Shown: positions 20,846 through 30,642 of the stretch, in pieces
Layout of the letters: the number at the start of each line of letters is the position of its first letter
Position numbering within the stretch: the first letter of the stretch is position 1
NCBI GenBank assembly: GCA_947632205.1
Contig: CANROK010000001.1
Span: 4,682 to 68,681, forward strand
DNA length: 64,000 nucleotides
Origin: an uncultured Bacilli bacterium
GTDB taxonomy: Bacteria > Bacillota_I > Bacilli_A > RF39 > UBA660
Reading direction: 5' to 3'
Notes under the pieces: generated by a model
The model's database searches: none
What the model was told of the DNA's origin: nothing
What the model saw: the letters and a program-made list of their open reading frames with translations, nothing else
Made by a program: the position numbers and the translations under genes

Positions 20846-21931
20846 ATGTTAAAAAAATTGCTTTTAATTATAATAATTTTTTTATTAATACCTATGAAAG
20901 TATTTGCGATAAGTGCCTCAACAATGGTAGCAATGGATTTAGATAATGGAAGAGTATTATCGGGATATAATATAAATAATTCAAGACTTATTGCCAGTAT
21001 TACTAAAATTATGACTGCCATCATTGCCATAGAAAAAGGTAATTTAAATGATGAAATAGAAGTATCAGATATAGTTTATAAAGCGTATGGTAGTGCGATA
21101 TATTTAGAAGTTGGAGAAAAAATTACTTTAAAAGATTTATTATATGGTTTAATTATGCGTAGTGGTAATGATGCTGCTTTAGTTATTGCAGAATACATAT
21201 CAGGTAGTGTAGAAGAATTTGTCTATTTAATGAATGAGTATGCTAATAATTTAGGTATGGAAAATACCCATTTTGTTAATCCTCATGGACTAGAAAATGA
21301 TGATAAAAGTGCTAATATTTCTACTGCCTTAGATATGGCAAAACTCACTAAATATGCTATGGAAAATAGTACATTTAGAAGTATTTTTAAAACGAAAAAT
21401 TATACTACTAAATCAAATACTAAATCTTATGTATGGCATAATAAAAATAAATTATTAGATGAAGAATATATTACGGGTGGAAAAACGGGATTTACGGAAC
21501 TTGCCAGAAGAACTTTAGTTTCAACGGGAAGTAAAAACAATATTAATGTTGTTGTCGTAACTTTAAATGATCCAGATGATTGGCAAGATCATAAAGATAT
21601 ATATAATAATATTTTTAAAAATTATCAAAGTTATTTAATACTTGAAAAAGATAATTTTGAAATTAAAGATGAAAAATATTATAAAGATACTTTATATATT
21701 AAAAATGATTATTATATGACTTTAAAAGAAGACGAAATAAAAGATGTTAGTATTAATTATAATTTAAATAAATTAAAAGAATATAGTGATGATGAAATAG
21801 TAGGTTATGCTTTAATTAATTTAAAAGATAAAACTTATCATAAAGAACCAATATATATTAAAAAAGATGCAAAGAAAGAAGAAAAATTAAGTTGGTGGCA
21901 AAAATTTAAAAGGTGGTTATTTAAATGGTAG
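20846..21931 (+). CDS. dacB: D-alanyl-D-alanine carboxypeptidase (S11, PBP5*-like, sporulation type)
   Basis: It has a signal peptide plus SITK (SxxK), SGN and KTG motifs. It is followed by spmA-spmB, as in the B. subtilis dacB operon. Confidence 0.8.
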   Translation: MLKKLLLIIIIFLLIPMKVFAISASTMVAMDLDNGRVLSGYNINNSRLIASITKIMTAIIAIEKGNLNDEIEVSDIVYKAYGSAIYLEVGEKITLKDLLYGLIMRSGNDAALVIAEYISGSVEEFVYLMNEYANNLGMENTHFVNPHGLENDDKSANISTALDMAKLTKYAMENSTFRSIFKTKNYTTKSNTKSYVWHNKNKLLDEEYITGGKTGFTELARRTLVSTGSKNNINVVVVTLNDPDDWQDHKDIYNNIFKNYQSYLILEKDNFEIKDEKYYKDTLYIKNDYYMTLKEDEIKDVSINYNLNKLKEYSDDEIVGYALINLKDKTYHKEPIYIKKDAKKEEKLSWWQKFKRWLFKW

Positions 21932-22512
21932 GATATATTTGGGCATTCTTAATTGGTATTGGTATCATTTATTCTTTATTATCGGGTAATATTAATATTA
22001 TAAATGATAGTATTTTAACTAATGCTACTGAGGCCCTTGATTTAATACTTAATTTATTACCTACGGTTGTTTTATGGACCGGTATCTTAAAAATAGCGGA
22101 AAAAAGTGGCCTTTTAGATAAATTTGCTAAATTATTAAATCCATTTTTAAAAAGAATATTTCCTGATATTCCTAAAGATAATAAGGCCTTAGGTTATATT
22201 TCTTCCAATATTGCAGCGAATATGTTAGGTCTTGGTAGTGCGGCAACACCAGCAGGATTAAAAGCAATGGAAGAGTTACAAAAAATAAATAAAGAGAAAG
22301 ATACAGCATCAACCCCAATGATTACTTTTTTAGTTTTAAATACAGCAGGTGTTACTTTAATACCTACAACTATTTTAGCTTTAAGAGTTGCCTATAAATC
22401 TAGTAATCCATCTTCCATAATTGTCCCGGCAATTATTGCTACAACTTGTTCCTCAATTGCTGGTCTTACTTTAGATTATTTTATTAGAAAGAAGCAAAAA
22501 AAATGGCGATAA
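21925..22512 (+). CDS. spmA: spore maturation protein A (nucleoside-recognition domain membrane protein)
   Basis: It is a polytopic membrane protein in the conserved position after dacB, and overlaps dacB by 7 nt. Confidence 0.7.
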   Translation: MVGYIWAFLIGIGIIYSLLSGNINIINDSILTNATEALDLILNLLPTVVLWTGILKIAEKSGLLDKFAKLLNPFLKRIFPDIPKDNKALGYISSNIAANMLGLGSAATPAGLKAMEELQKINKEKDTASTPMITFLVLNTAGVTLIPTTILALRVAYKSSNPSSIIVPAIIATTCSSIAGLTLDYFIRKKQKKWR

Positions 22513-23021
22513 TATCGAAAATAATTCTACCTATATTTATTATTATCATTATCTTTTATGGTGTTAAAAAGAAAATTAATGTGTATGATACTTTTTTAGA
22601 AGGTGCTAAAGAGGGCTTAGTTACAACTTTTAATATTTTTCCTGCAATTATTGCTATGATTTTTGCTATTAATATCTTTTTAGATAGTAATGTTTTAGGA
22701 TTTATTATAAATTTAATAAGTAAATATATTGGTAATATAAATATTCCTTTAGAAATTATTCCAATGGCTCTTTTAAGACCAATTTCAGGAACCGCATCAC
22801 TTGCCATAATGAATGATTTATTTAAAAATTTTGGACCCGATAGTTTTATTGGTTATTTAGCATCTATCTTACAAGGTTGTACTGATACAACAGTATATGT
22901 TATTGCTCTTTATTTTGGTAGTATTAAAGTTACAAAAATAAAACATGCTTTATGGACTGGTTTATTTGCTGATTTAGTAGGTATTATTATGGCTATCGTT
23001 TTAACTAATCTTTTCTTTTAA
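22503..23021 (+). CDS. spmB: spore maturation protein B
   Basis: It is a polytopic membrane protein overlapping spmA by 10 nt, in the conserved dacB-spmA-spmB order. Confidence 0.7.
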   Translation: MAIISKIILPIFIIIIIFYGVKKKINVYDTFLEGAKEGLVTTFNIFPAIIAMIFAINIFLDSNVLGFIINLISKYIGNINIPLEIIPMALLRPISGTASLAIMNDLFKNFGPDSFIGYLASILQGCTDTTVYVIALYFGSIKVTKIKHALWTGLFADLVGIIMAIVLTNLFF

Positions 23022-23057
23022 AAATATTTTTGTTATACTTATCTTGCTGGTGATTTT

Positions 23058-23771
23058 ATGGAAAGATTACAAAAAGTTATCGCAAATAGTGGTTATACTT
23101 CAAGAAGAAAAGCTGAAGAATTAATAATTAATAATCATGTCTGTGTTAATGGTGAAGTAGTAAATACTTTAGGATATAAAGTAAATGATAATGATATTAT
23201 AACTATTGATGGGATAACTATCACCAAAAATACTAATTATGAATATTATCTTTTAAATAAACCAAGAGAAGTAATATGTTCTGTATCAGATGAAGTAGGA
23301 AGAAAATGTGTCGTAGATTTCATTAAAACGAAAACTAGAATATATCCGGTAGGAAGGTTAGATTATGATACAACCGGTTTAATAATTTTAACTAATGATG
23401 GTAATCTTGCTAATATTTTAATGCATCCTAAAAATAAAGTTTATAAAACTTATATAGCTAAGATAAATGGTATATTAAATGAAGAAGATTTTAAATGTTT
23501 AAGAAAAGGAATAATGATTGATAAAAGAATACTTAAAATAGATCATTTTAAAGTTAAAAGTATTGATAAAGAAAAGAATACTTCTTTAGTAGAAGTAACT
23601 ATTCATGAAGGTAGAAATCATATTGTTAGAAAATTATTTGAAAGTTTACATTATGATGTTTTAAAACTTACAAGAAGTAAATATGCTAATCTTACTTTAG
23701 ATAATTTAAAAAGTGGAGAATATAGAGAACTATCAAGTAGTGAAGTAAGAGAATTATATAAATTAGGTTAA
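23058..23771 (+). CDS. rluB: 23S rRNA pseudouridine synthase, RsuA/RluB family
   Basis: It has an N-terminal S4 domain and the catalytic GRLDYDTTGLIILTNDG motif. It lies downstream of spmB, as in B. subtilis. Confidence 0.85.
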   Translation: MERLQKVIANSGYTSRRKAEELIINNHVCVNGEVVNTLGYKVNDNDIITIDGITITKNTNYEYYLLNKPREVICSVSDEVGRKCVVDFIKTKTRIYPVGRLDYDTTGLIILTNDGNLANILMHPKNKVYKTYIAKINGILNEEDFKCLRKGIMIDKRILKIDHFKVKSIDKEKNTSLVEVTIHEGRNHIVRKLFESLHYDVLKLTRSKYANLTLDNLKSGEYRELSSSEVRELYKLG

Positions 23772-23772
23772 G

Positions 23773-24120
23773 ATGAATGATATATTAGATAAACTTAGTA
23801 AATCAAAATTTCGAAGTAGTTTTCATTTAAAAGGAAAAGATATTTTATATATAAAGGAAAAGGGTATAGATACAATAAGAAATCATGCTTATGATTTTAT
23901 TAAAAAAAGACTTGCTCCAAAGTATATACCTAATGATGGTAAACAAACTCCAATGCATGGGCATCCAGTGTTTATCTCTGAACATGCTACCGCAACTTGC
24001 TGTAGAGATTGTTTATATAAGTGGCATCATATTGAAAAAAATAAAGAATTAACTAATGAAGAAATTGATTATATTGTTAATATTATTATGTTGTGGATAG
24101 AAAAAGAAATGCATAAATAA
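23773..24120 (+). CDS. DUF4186-family protein
   Basis: GHPVFISEHATATCCRDCLYKWHHI matches the DUF4186 signature by recollection. Confidence 0.6.
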   Translation: MNDILDKLSKSKFRSSFHLKGKDILYIKEKGIDTIRNHAYDFIKKRLAPKYIPNDGKQTPMHGHPVFISEHATATCCRDCLYKWHHIEKNKELTNEEIDYIVNIIMLWIEKEMHK

Positions 24121-24147
24121 AAAAAATTACATCGCTGTAATTTTTTT
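24121..24147. terminator. bidirectional terminator aattaca-tcgc-tgtaatt
   Basis: A 7-bp stem with an A-run upstream and a T7 run downstream sits between convergent genes. Confidence 0.6.
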
Positions 24148-24403
24148 AACGAAAAGAACTACTTAAACTTATTGCTTCTTCTTCTTTTTTATTATTAATG
24201 TTGTATTCCGGTATATTTGCTATGTTCATTGCTCGGTTGAAAGCATCCATTCTTAACTCTTCTGTGGCTAAAGGATTATTGGCAATTTGTAAATAATTTT
24301 GAACTTGTAAAAGTCCTACAATGCTATCTAATTGTTCTTGCAAAGAATTAACTTTAGCATTTAATTTTTTTATTTGATCTTCTAATATTTCTGTATTATT
24401 CAT
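24146..24403 (-). CDS. hypothetical small coiled-coil protein
   Basis: A strong RBS AGGAGG sits 9 nt before the ATG. No family was recognised. Confidence 0.5.
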   Translation of the reverse strand: MNNTEILEDQIKKLNAKVNSLQEQLDSIVGLLQVQNYLQIANNPLATEELRMDAFNRAMNIANIPEYNINNKKEEEAISLSSSFR

Positions 24404-24543
24404 AGTTTTTATCCTCCTAAGTTTATTATATAATTTATCTTTATTGAAAACAATTAATTTATCATAAACTTTACATTAATATATCTTGAATTTTAATTAT
24501 ATAAATGCTATTATAAACTTTAAAAAAGAAAGGAAATTTTTTT

Positions 24544-25935
24544 ATGAGAAATGTTATTGATTTAGAAGATGTATTATATGAATATTTAACTCCTTATGAT
24601 ATTCTTAAAGCTTTAGGTAGATTTTATATTAATGTAGGTGATGGTGATTGGGATGAAACAAATCATCCACTTCATTTTACAACATTATTAGAAAATATTG
24701 CTGGAGAACAAAAAGATGTAAAATTAAAAGATGCTGATTTAAATGCTTTTGCTTATAACGCTCTTGGTAAATTAACGGCATTTTTGTATGCTTATGCGGG
24801 TTACAAAACTAATGATGAAATTTATAAAGGACTTGATGCAGTAAAATATCGTTTTACTGATTATGTAATGCCGGGACTTGTAAGAGCAATTAATAATAAC
24901 AATACAAAAGCAGTTTTTAAATTTCATGATATGTTGTTAATTGATTTAACCGCAACTAATGCTTTTAATGGCACTTTTAATGGTACTTTTGGTTCATATT
25001 CAATATCTAAGATATTTGATGAAATAGAAGAATATAGTATCGATTTAGCAAAAGAAAGAAAAAATTATTATAATCGACCTTGTGACATTTATAATGGTAA
25101 TGATCGTAAAAATAGAATTGATAAAAATTATGAAGAAGGAAATAAGAAAGTTATTAACATTTTACAAGAATTTAGGAAAAAATTAGAAGAAGAAGATTAT
25201 CAAAAAGAAGAAATTGATAATATTGTTAATAAAGTTCAAGCTGTGTTAATTGAAGGTAAAGAAAATCCTCATCACAACATGGAATTTAGCGAAACTTTTA
25301 TTAATGCTTTTATTAATGATAAATCAGTAAGGATAAGTGATAAAAGAAAATTATTAGATGAAGTTTGTGGTTTTACCAATAGTTTTTTCAGTCCTGATGT
25401 TAGTTTTTGGATAGATGACCAAGCATATGGAATAAATCATAACCGAGCTGAATTAAAACATAATTTTAAAGTTATTGTTAATTTAGATGCTTTTATACAA
25501 ACTTTTATCAAGAATATTAATAAGAAAATAGTAGAATTAAAAAACCTTAAAAGTTTAACTAATTATGAAAAAGAGGTAAATAATAAAAATATTAAATTCT
25601 TAAATGAAGTAAAAGATAAAGCAAAAGAAATATCAAATAACACAATAGATAATCTTATTAGAAATACTGATTATCATATTTTAGAGATATTATATGAAGT
25701 ATTAAAAAATAATAAGGTAAATGGTAATATCGAAGAATTTATAAAAACAATTGATAAACAAAAAGAAGAAAGATTATTAAAAATTGAAGCAGAGAAAAAG
25801 CAAGCTTTAGTTAATGATTTTGAAAGTTTAATTTCATCTTTAGGTAAAGAAGAATTAAATGATTTATATAATACATTAAAAAATAATGATAATATTTATG
25901 AAAAAATACAAGAAAAATTAACAAGAAAAAAATAG
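24544..25935 (+). CDS. hypothetical cytoplasmic protein (463 aa), no recognisable domain
   Basis: It is a long ORF with typical codon usage, an RBS AAAGGAAA and its own promoter-like region. Confidence 0.5.
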   Translation: MRNVIDLEDVLYEYLTPYDILKALGRFYINVGDGDWDETNHPLHFTTLLENIAGEQKDVKLKDADLNAFAYNALGKLTAFLYAYAGYKTNDEIYKGLDAVKYRFTDYVMPGLVRAINNNNTKAVFKFHDMLLIDLTATNAFNGTFNGTFGSYSISKIFDEIEEYSIDLAKERKNYYNRPCDIYNGNDRKNRIDKNYEEGNKKVINILQEFRKKLEEEDYQKEEIDNIVNKVQAVLIEGKENPHHNMEFSETFINAFINDKSVRISDKRKLLDEVCGFTNSFFSPDVSFWIDDQAYGINHNRAELKHNFKVIVNLDAFIQTFIKNINKKIVELKNLKSLTNYEKEVNNKNIKFLNEVKDKAKEISNNTIDNLIRNTDYHILEILYEVLKNNKVNGNIEEFIKTIDKQKEERLLKIEAEKKQALVNDFESLISSLGKEELNDLYNTLKNNDNIYEKIQEKLTRKK

Positions 25936-25945
25936 ACAAATGTAA

Positions 25946-25974
25946 TTGACGATAAAAAATAAAAAGAATATAAT
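25946..25974 (+). promoter_or_regulatory. sigma-A type promoter TTGACG-17-TATAAT for the metK leader
   Basis: It has a consensus -35 and -10 with 17-nt spacing, about 10 nt upstream of the riboswitch P1 helix. Confidence 0.65.
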
Positions 25975-25984
25975 AATTGTAACA

Positions 25985-26105
25985 TCTTATAAAGAGTGAT
26001 GGAGGGACTAGCCCAATGAAGTCACACCAACCTATTTAATTAGGTGGTAATGCTAGAGCTATAAGATAACTTTGAAACATTCAAGTTATCTTGGGTGTTT
26101 TTTTA
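25985..26105 (+). promoter_or_regulatory. SAM-I (S-box) riboswitch with intrinsic terminator
   Basis: It has the P1 pairing tcttat/ataaga, conserved GGAGGGACTAGCCCAATGAAG...CACCAACC...GGTGGTAATGC core blocks, and a terminator agataactt/aagttatct + T8. It lies directly upstream of metK. Confidence 0.85.
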
Positions 26106-26135
26106 TGAGATGTTACTATATAGAAGGAGGAGTAT

Positions 26136-27158
26136 ATGAAATTATATAGTAACGAAATTGTTTTTAGAGGTCATCCTGATAAAGTGTGTGACCAAATAAG
26201 TGATGCTCTTTTAGATGCTTACTTAAAAGGTGATAAACAAAGTAGATGTGGTATTGAAGTAATGGGAGGTAAAGGTAAAATATTTATTACGGGAGAAGTA
26301 ACAAGTAAAAGTAATATTAATGTTCAAGATATTGTTAAAAGAGTTTTAGAAGATGTTGGTTATGATAGTAATGTAGAAATTATTAACAATTTAGGAGTAC
26401 AAAGTAGTGATATCGCGATGGGTACAAATGATTTAGTTAATGGTGCTGGTGATAATGGCATGATGTTTGGTTATGCTTGTCGGGATAATGATAAATACTT
26501 ACCAACAGCCATGGTAATCTTACAAAAATTTAGTGAAGAGTATGATAATTTAAGAAAACAAGATAAAAGATTCTTACCTGATGGCAAAGCAGAAATTACT
26601 GGTATATATGATGATAATAATCATCTTTCTAAAATAAAAACATTTACAATATGTTATCAAAATACGGAAGAAGAAAGAAGTAAAACTGATCAAATTTTAA
26701 AAAATTTAGTAAATAAAATATGTAAACAATATAATATTGAAGTTTTAGAGTATTTAATTAATCCAACGGGAAGATTTAAAATTGGTGGCTTTATGGGAGA
26801 TGCTGGTCTTACAGGAAGAAAAATAGTTGTTGATAGTTATGAATCTTTTGCACCCGTTGGGGGAGGAGCTTTCTCTGGAAAAGACCCAACTAAAGTTGAT
26901 CGAAGTGGAGCATATAAAGCCAGAAGTTTAGCAGTAAGAGTATTAGAAGAAAATAAAGATATAAATACTTGTGAAATTCAATTATCTTATGCCATAGGAA
27001 AAGAAGAACCACTGGCAATATACATTAAAACCGATAAAGGAGATTTAGAACCAACGAAAGAAATGTATGAAGAATGTAAAGTTAAAAATATAATAAATGA
27101 TTTAAATTTATTAAATATTAGTTATGAAGAAAAAGCTAGATTTGGTCATTTTAGATAA
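26136..27158 (+). CDS. metK: S-adenosylmethionine synthetase (short form, 340 aa)
   Basis: It has GHPDKVCDQISDA, GAGDNGMMFGYA, INPTGRFKIGGFMGDAGLTGRKIVVD, GGGAFSGKD and a C-terminal FGHF motif. Confidence 0.9.
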   Translation: MKLYSNEIVFRGHPDKVCDQISDALLDAYLKGDKQSRCGIEVMGGKGKIFITGEVTSKSNINVQDIVKRVLEDVGYDSNVEIINNLGVQSSDIAMGTNDLVNGAGDNGMMFGYACRDNDKYLPTAMVILQKFSEEYDNLRKQDKRFLPDGKAEITGIYDDNNHLSKIKTFTICYQNTEEERSKTDQILKNLVNKICKQYNIEVLEYLINPTGRFKIGGFMGDAGLTGRKIVVDSYESFAPVGGGAFSGKDPTKVDRSGAYKARSLAVRVLEENKDINTCEIQLSYAIGKEEPLAIYIKTDKGDLEPTKEMYEECKVKNIINDLNLLNISYEEKARFGHFR

Positions 27159-27236
27159 AATGTTTACTGTCAAATAATGTAATATTTATTTATAATAAAG
27201 ATAATAAATGCTATACTAATAATAAGGAGTGTATAT

Positions 27237-28250
27237 ATGAAATGTGTAGCAATAAAAGGGGTTAGAGAATTTGAAATTAAAGATATTAATGAACCAACAA
27301 AAGAAGAAGGTAAAGTTTTAATTGATGTTAAAGTTACTGGTATTTGTGGTTCTGATTTACATTATTTTGAAATTGGTAATCCAGTTGGTTTAGTTATGGG
27401 CCATGAATATGCTGGTGTAGTTGTAGATAATGGTGGTAGAGAAGATTTAAAAGTTGGAGATAGGGTAACAGCTCTTCCAATATCACCATGTAATGAATGT
27501 GAGGCATGTTTAAAAGGAGATATCCATTATTGTGCTCAAACTTGGGCATATGCTAGTGGCCTTTCTTTAGAAAATCCAGGTGGACTTGCTCCTAAATTAA
27601 AAGTTCGTAGTGATATGGTTTTAAAACTTCCTGATAATATGACATTTGACGAAGGTGCTTTAGTAGAACCAACTGCAGTATGTTATCATGCCGTTAATCT
27701 TGCTGATATTAAAGTTGGTGATACTGTTTTAGTTATTGGGGCTGGTATTATTGGTCTTGCATCTGCTATGTTTGCTAAAAAGAGTGGAGCTAGTAAAGTA
27801 ATTGTTTCAGAAACTAATGAAGCTCGTGGTAAAAAAGCTGTATCTCTTGGTGTTTGTGATGATTGGATAGATGCTAAAGACGAAAATGTTATGAATCAAT
27901 ATATGGGTTCATTTGATAAAGTAATTGAATGTTGTGGTAATACTCCAGCCGTCAATTCTTCCCTAAATCTTGTTAAAAGTGGAGGAACTGTGGTTTTAGT
28001 TGGTGTTTCCATGATGCCAATCAACTTTAATAGTATTAATGCTGTAATGAAAGAAGTAACACTAAAAGGTGCAATAGCATATACTAAAGAAGAATTTGCT
28101 AAATGTATAAGTATGATAGCTAATAAAGAGATTGAAGTAACTAAATTTATCTCAAAGAAAATTACTTTAGATGAAGTACAAAGTGCTTATGAAGAACTTA
28201 CAAGTGGGACTTCAAGTTCAATTAAAATATTAGTTGATCCCAATAAATAA
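27237..28250 (+). CDS. zinc-dependent MDR-family alcohol dehydrogenase (sorbitol/threonine dehydrogenase-like)
   Basis: It has GICGSDLHY and GHEYAGVV, structural zinc cysteines (CNECEAC) and a GAGIIG Rossmann motif. Confidence 0.8.
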   Translation: MKCVAIKGVREFEIKDINEPTKEEGKVLIDVKVTGICGSDLHYFEIGNPVGLVMGHEYAGVVVDNGGREDLKVGDRVTALPISPCNECEACLKGDIHYCAQTWAYASGLSLENPGGLAPKLKVRSDMVLKLPDNMTFDEGALVEPTAVCYHAVNLADIKVGDTVLVIGAGIIGLASAMFAKKSGASKVIVSETNEARGKKAVSLGVCDDWIDAKDENVMNQYMGSFDKVIECCGNTPAVNSSLNLVKSGGTVVLVGVSMMPINFNSINAVMKEVTLKGAIAYTKEEFAKCISMIANKEIEVTKFISKKITLDEVQSAYEELTSGTSSSIKILVDPNK

Positions 28251-28261
28251 GTAATAATTTG

Positions 28262-28292
28262 GAACTGATTTAGATAAAATCAGTTCTTTTTC
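28262..28292 (+). terminator. intrinsic terminator gaactgattt/aaatcagttc + T-run
   Basis: A 10-bp perfect stem is followed by TTTT. Confidence 0.65.
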
Positions 28293-28344
28293 TTTATTTT
28301 TTATCTATTTTCTTATATAATTAGTTATGGAAATGAGGCAAATT

Positions 28345-30039
28345 ATGAAATTAAAAGAAAGCTATTTTTTCACTTTAAGAGAAGATGCTAAAGATGAAGA
28401 AAGTATAAGTGGTAATTTATTAGTTAGAGCAGGCATGATTAAAAAAGTTAGTGCTGGTATTTATATGTATTTGCCTTTAGGATTAAGAGTATTAAATAAT
28501 GTTAAAAGAATTATTGCAGAAGAAATGGATAATACAGGAGCTCAAGAATTATTGATGCCAAGTTTAATCCCTAGTGAAATTTATGATGTAGCTAATCGTA
28601 ATAAACTTTTAGGAGCAAGTATGTTCCATTTAAATGATCGTTTTTCAAAGCCATATGTTTTAGGACCAACACATGAAGAATTATTTACAATGGCTGCTAA
28701 ATATAAAATAAATAGTTATAAAGATTTACCTTTTACTTTATATCAACAAGCAGATAAGTTTAGAGATGAACCAAGACCAAGATATGGACTTGTAAGAGTA
28801 AGAGAATTTTATATGAAAGATGCTTATTCATTTGATAAAGATGAAAAAGGACTAGATAAATCTTATAAAGTCATGAGAGATGCTTATAATAAAATCTTTG
28901 ATAGAATGGATATTGACTATAAAATAGTTAAAGCTGATACTGGTGTTATGGGTGGTAGTTTATCTGAAGAATATCAAGCTGTAACTGATATTGGTGAAGA
29001 TATATTAGTGTTATGTAAAAATTGTGATTATGCATCAAATATTGAAGTATCAAAAATGAATTATGTTGAAGATGATGAACCTTTAAAAGAATTAGAATTA
29101 GTAGAAACAAAGGGTAAAGAATCTATTGAAGAAGTTAGTGCTTACTTAAATATATCTTCGAAAAAGACAGTTAAGGCCTTACTTATGGATGTTAATAATG
29201 AATTAGTTGTTTTCTTTATAAGAGGAGATAGAGAATTAAATTTAGTTAAAGCATGTAAATTACTAGATGTTACAGAAATAAACTTTGCTCAAGATGAATT
29301 AATTAATAAGAGTAATGCTGTACCAGGATTTACTGGACCAATTTCTCTAAATGCAAAAATTGTAATAGATGAAGAAATATTACATATGAAAAATTTTGTA
29401 GTTGGTGCTAATAAAAAAGATTATCACTATATAAATGCTAATGTTAAAGATTTTAAATATGATATTGTGGGAGACATAGTAAATGTAGTGGAAGGCGATT
29501 TATGTCCAGAATGTTCTCATGAATTATATTTCAAAAAAGGAATTGAAATTGGTAATATTTTTAAACTTGGTACTAAATATTCTAATGCCTTTAATTTAAC
29601 TTATTTAGATGAAGAAAATAATTCAAAACCAGTAGTAATGGGCTGTTATGGTATGGGAGCAGGTAGAATACTTGCTAGTATTATTGAACAACATAATGAT
29701 GAACATGGTATTATCTTCCCAATGAATGTTGCTCCATATCAAGTAGCAATTGTCTTAATAGATAATAAAGATGAAAATATGGTAAAAGTAGCAGATAATT
29801 TATATGAAACTTTAAGAAGTAAGAAAATAGATGTTATATATGATAATCGTGACGAAAGACCAGGTATTAAATTTAAAGATATGGATTTAATTGGTATCCC
29901 TATACGAATTACTGTTGGTAAAAAAGTTAATGATAATTTAGTAGAAATCAAATTAAGATGCGAAAAAGAATCAATAGATATTGAAATAAATGAAGTTATT
30001 GATAAAGTAATTAATTATATAAAAGATCAAACAAAATAA
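28345..30039 (+). CDS. proS: proline--tRNA ligase (bacterial type with INS editing domain)
   Basis: It carries class II aaRS motifs and an editing-domain insertion. The start is placed at the ATG at 28345 after a GAGG RBS; the track ORF starts 18 nt earlier without an RBS. Confidence 0.9.
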   Translation: MKLKESYFFTLREDAKDEESISGNLLVRAGMIKKVSAGIYMYLPLGLRVLNNVKRIIAEEMDNTGAQELLMPSLIPSEIYDVANRNKLLGASMFHLNDRFSKPYVLGPTHEELFTMAAKYKINSYKDLPFTLYQQADKFRDEPRPRYGLVRVREFYMKDAYSFDKDEKGLDKSYKVMRDAYNKIFDRMDIDYKIVKADTGVMGGSLSEEYQAVTDIGEDILVLCKNCDYASNIEVSKMNYVEDDEPLKELELVETKGKESIEEVSAYLNISSKKTVKALLMDVNNELVVFFIRGDRELNLVKACKLLDVTEINFAQDELINKSNAVPGFTGPISLNAKIVIDEEILHMKNFVVGANKKDYHYINANVKDFKYDIVGDIVNVVEGDLCPECSHELYFKKGIEIGNIFKLGTKYSNAFNLTYLDEENNSKPVVMGCYGMGAGRILASIIEQHNDEHGIIFPMNVAPYQVAIVLIDNKDENMVKVADNLYETLRSKKIDVIYDNRDERPGIKFKDMDLIGIPIRITVGKKVNDNLVEIKLRCEKESIDIEINEVIDKVINYIKDQTK

Positions 30040-30055
30040 TCAAGAAGGAATTAAA

Positions 30056-30541
30056 ATGAATACACTAAAAGAAGAAGACAATATAGAATTAAAAAAATTA
30101 AAAAATATAATAAATGAATTAAATGAAACTAGAATAGTAACACCAGCTATGTTGGAAGAATTTTTAGAATATATTTTAGAATATAGTAAATATTGTATAC
30201 CAGAAATGCAAGAAGCATGGCAAATTGATATCAAAAGATTATTAAGTGCTATTTTAGATAATGATACTTTAATTGATTATTTAGCATACTATGTTTATAC
30301 AGCTGAATTAATGCAAATATATGCTAATACTCATTCATATAAAGATTTAAAAGGTACTTTATATAATCAAAAACATACTGGCTTATCTTTTTCAGGAACA
30401 TCTAGTTTAATAATTAAATATGCTACCTTTGGTAAAGATTTTATTAATTCATTTGATCCAACTAGACCTATAAAAGAAAAAAATAATTTTTTAGAATCAA
30501 GAAATTATAATAATTATTTAATTAGAAAAAGATATAGATAA
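30056..30541 (+). CDS. hypothetical protein
   Basis: The ORF has RBS AGAAGGA and is followed by a terminator hairpin. No domain was recognised. Confidence 0.45.
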   Translation: MNTLKEEDNIELKKLKNIINELNETRIVTPAMLEEFLEYILEYSKYCIPEMQEAWQIDIKRLLSAILDNDTLIDYLAYYVYTAELMQIYANTHSYKDLKGTLYNQKHTGLSFSGTSSLIIKYATFGKDFINSFDPTRPIKEKNNFLESRNYNNYLIRKRYR

Positions 30542-30642
30542 ATTTAAATAGTACTTGCTTTAGAATAGTTGGTACTATTTTTATTAGTAAAGAAGTTTAA
30601 CATAAAAAAGAAGATAATTTGATTCATCTTCTTATAATAAAT

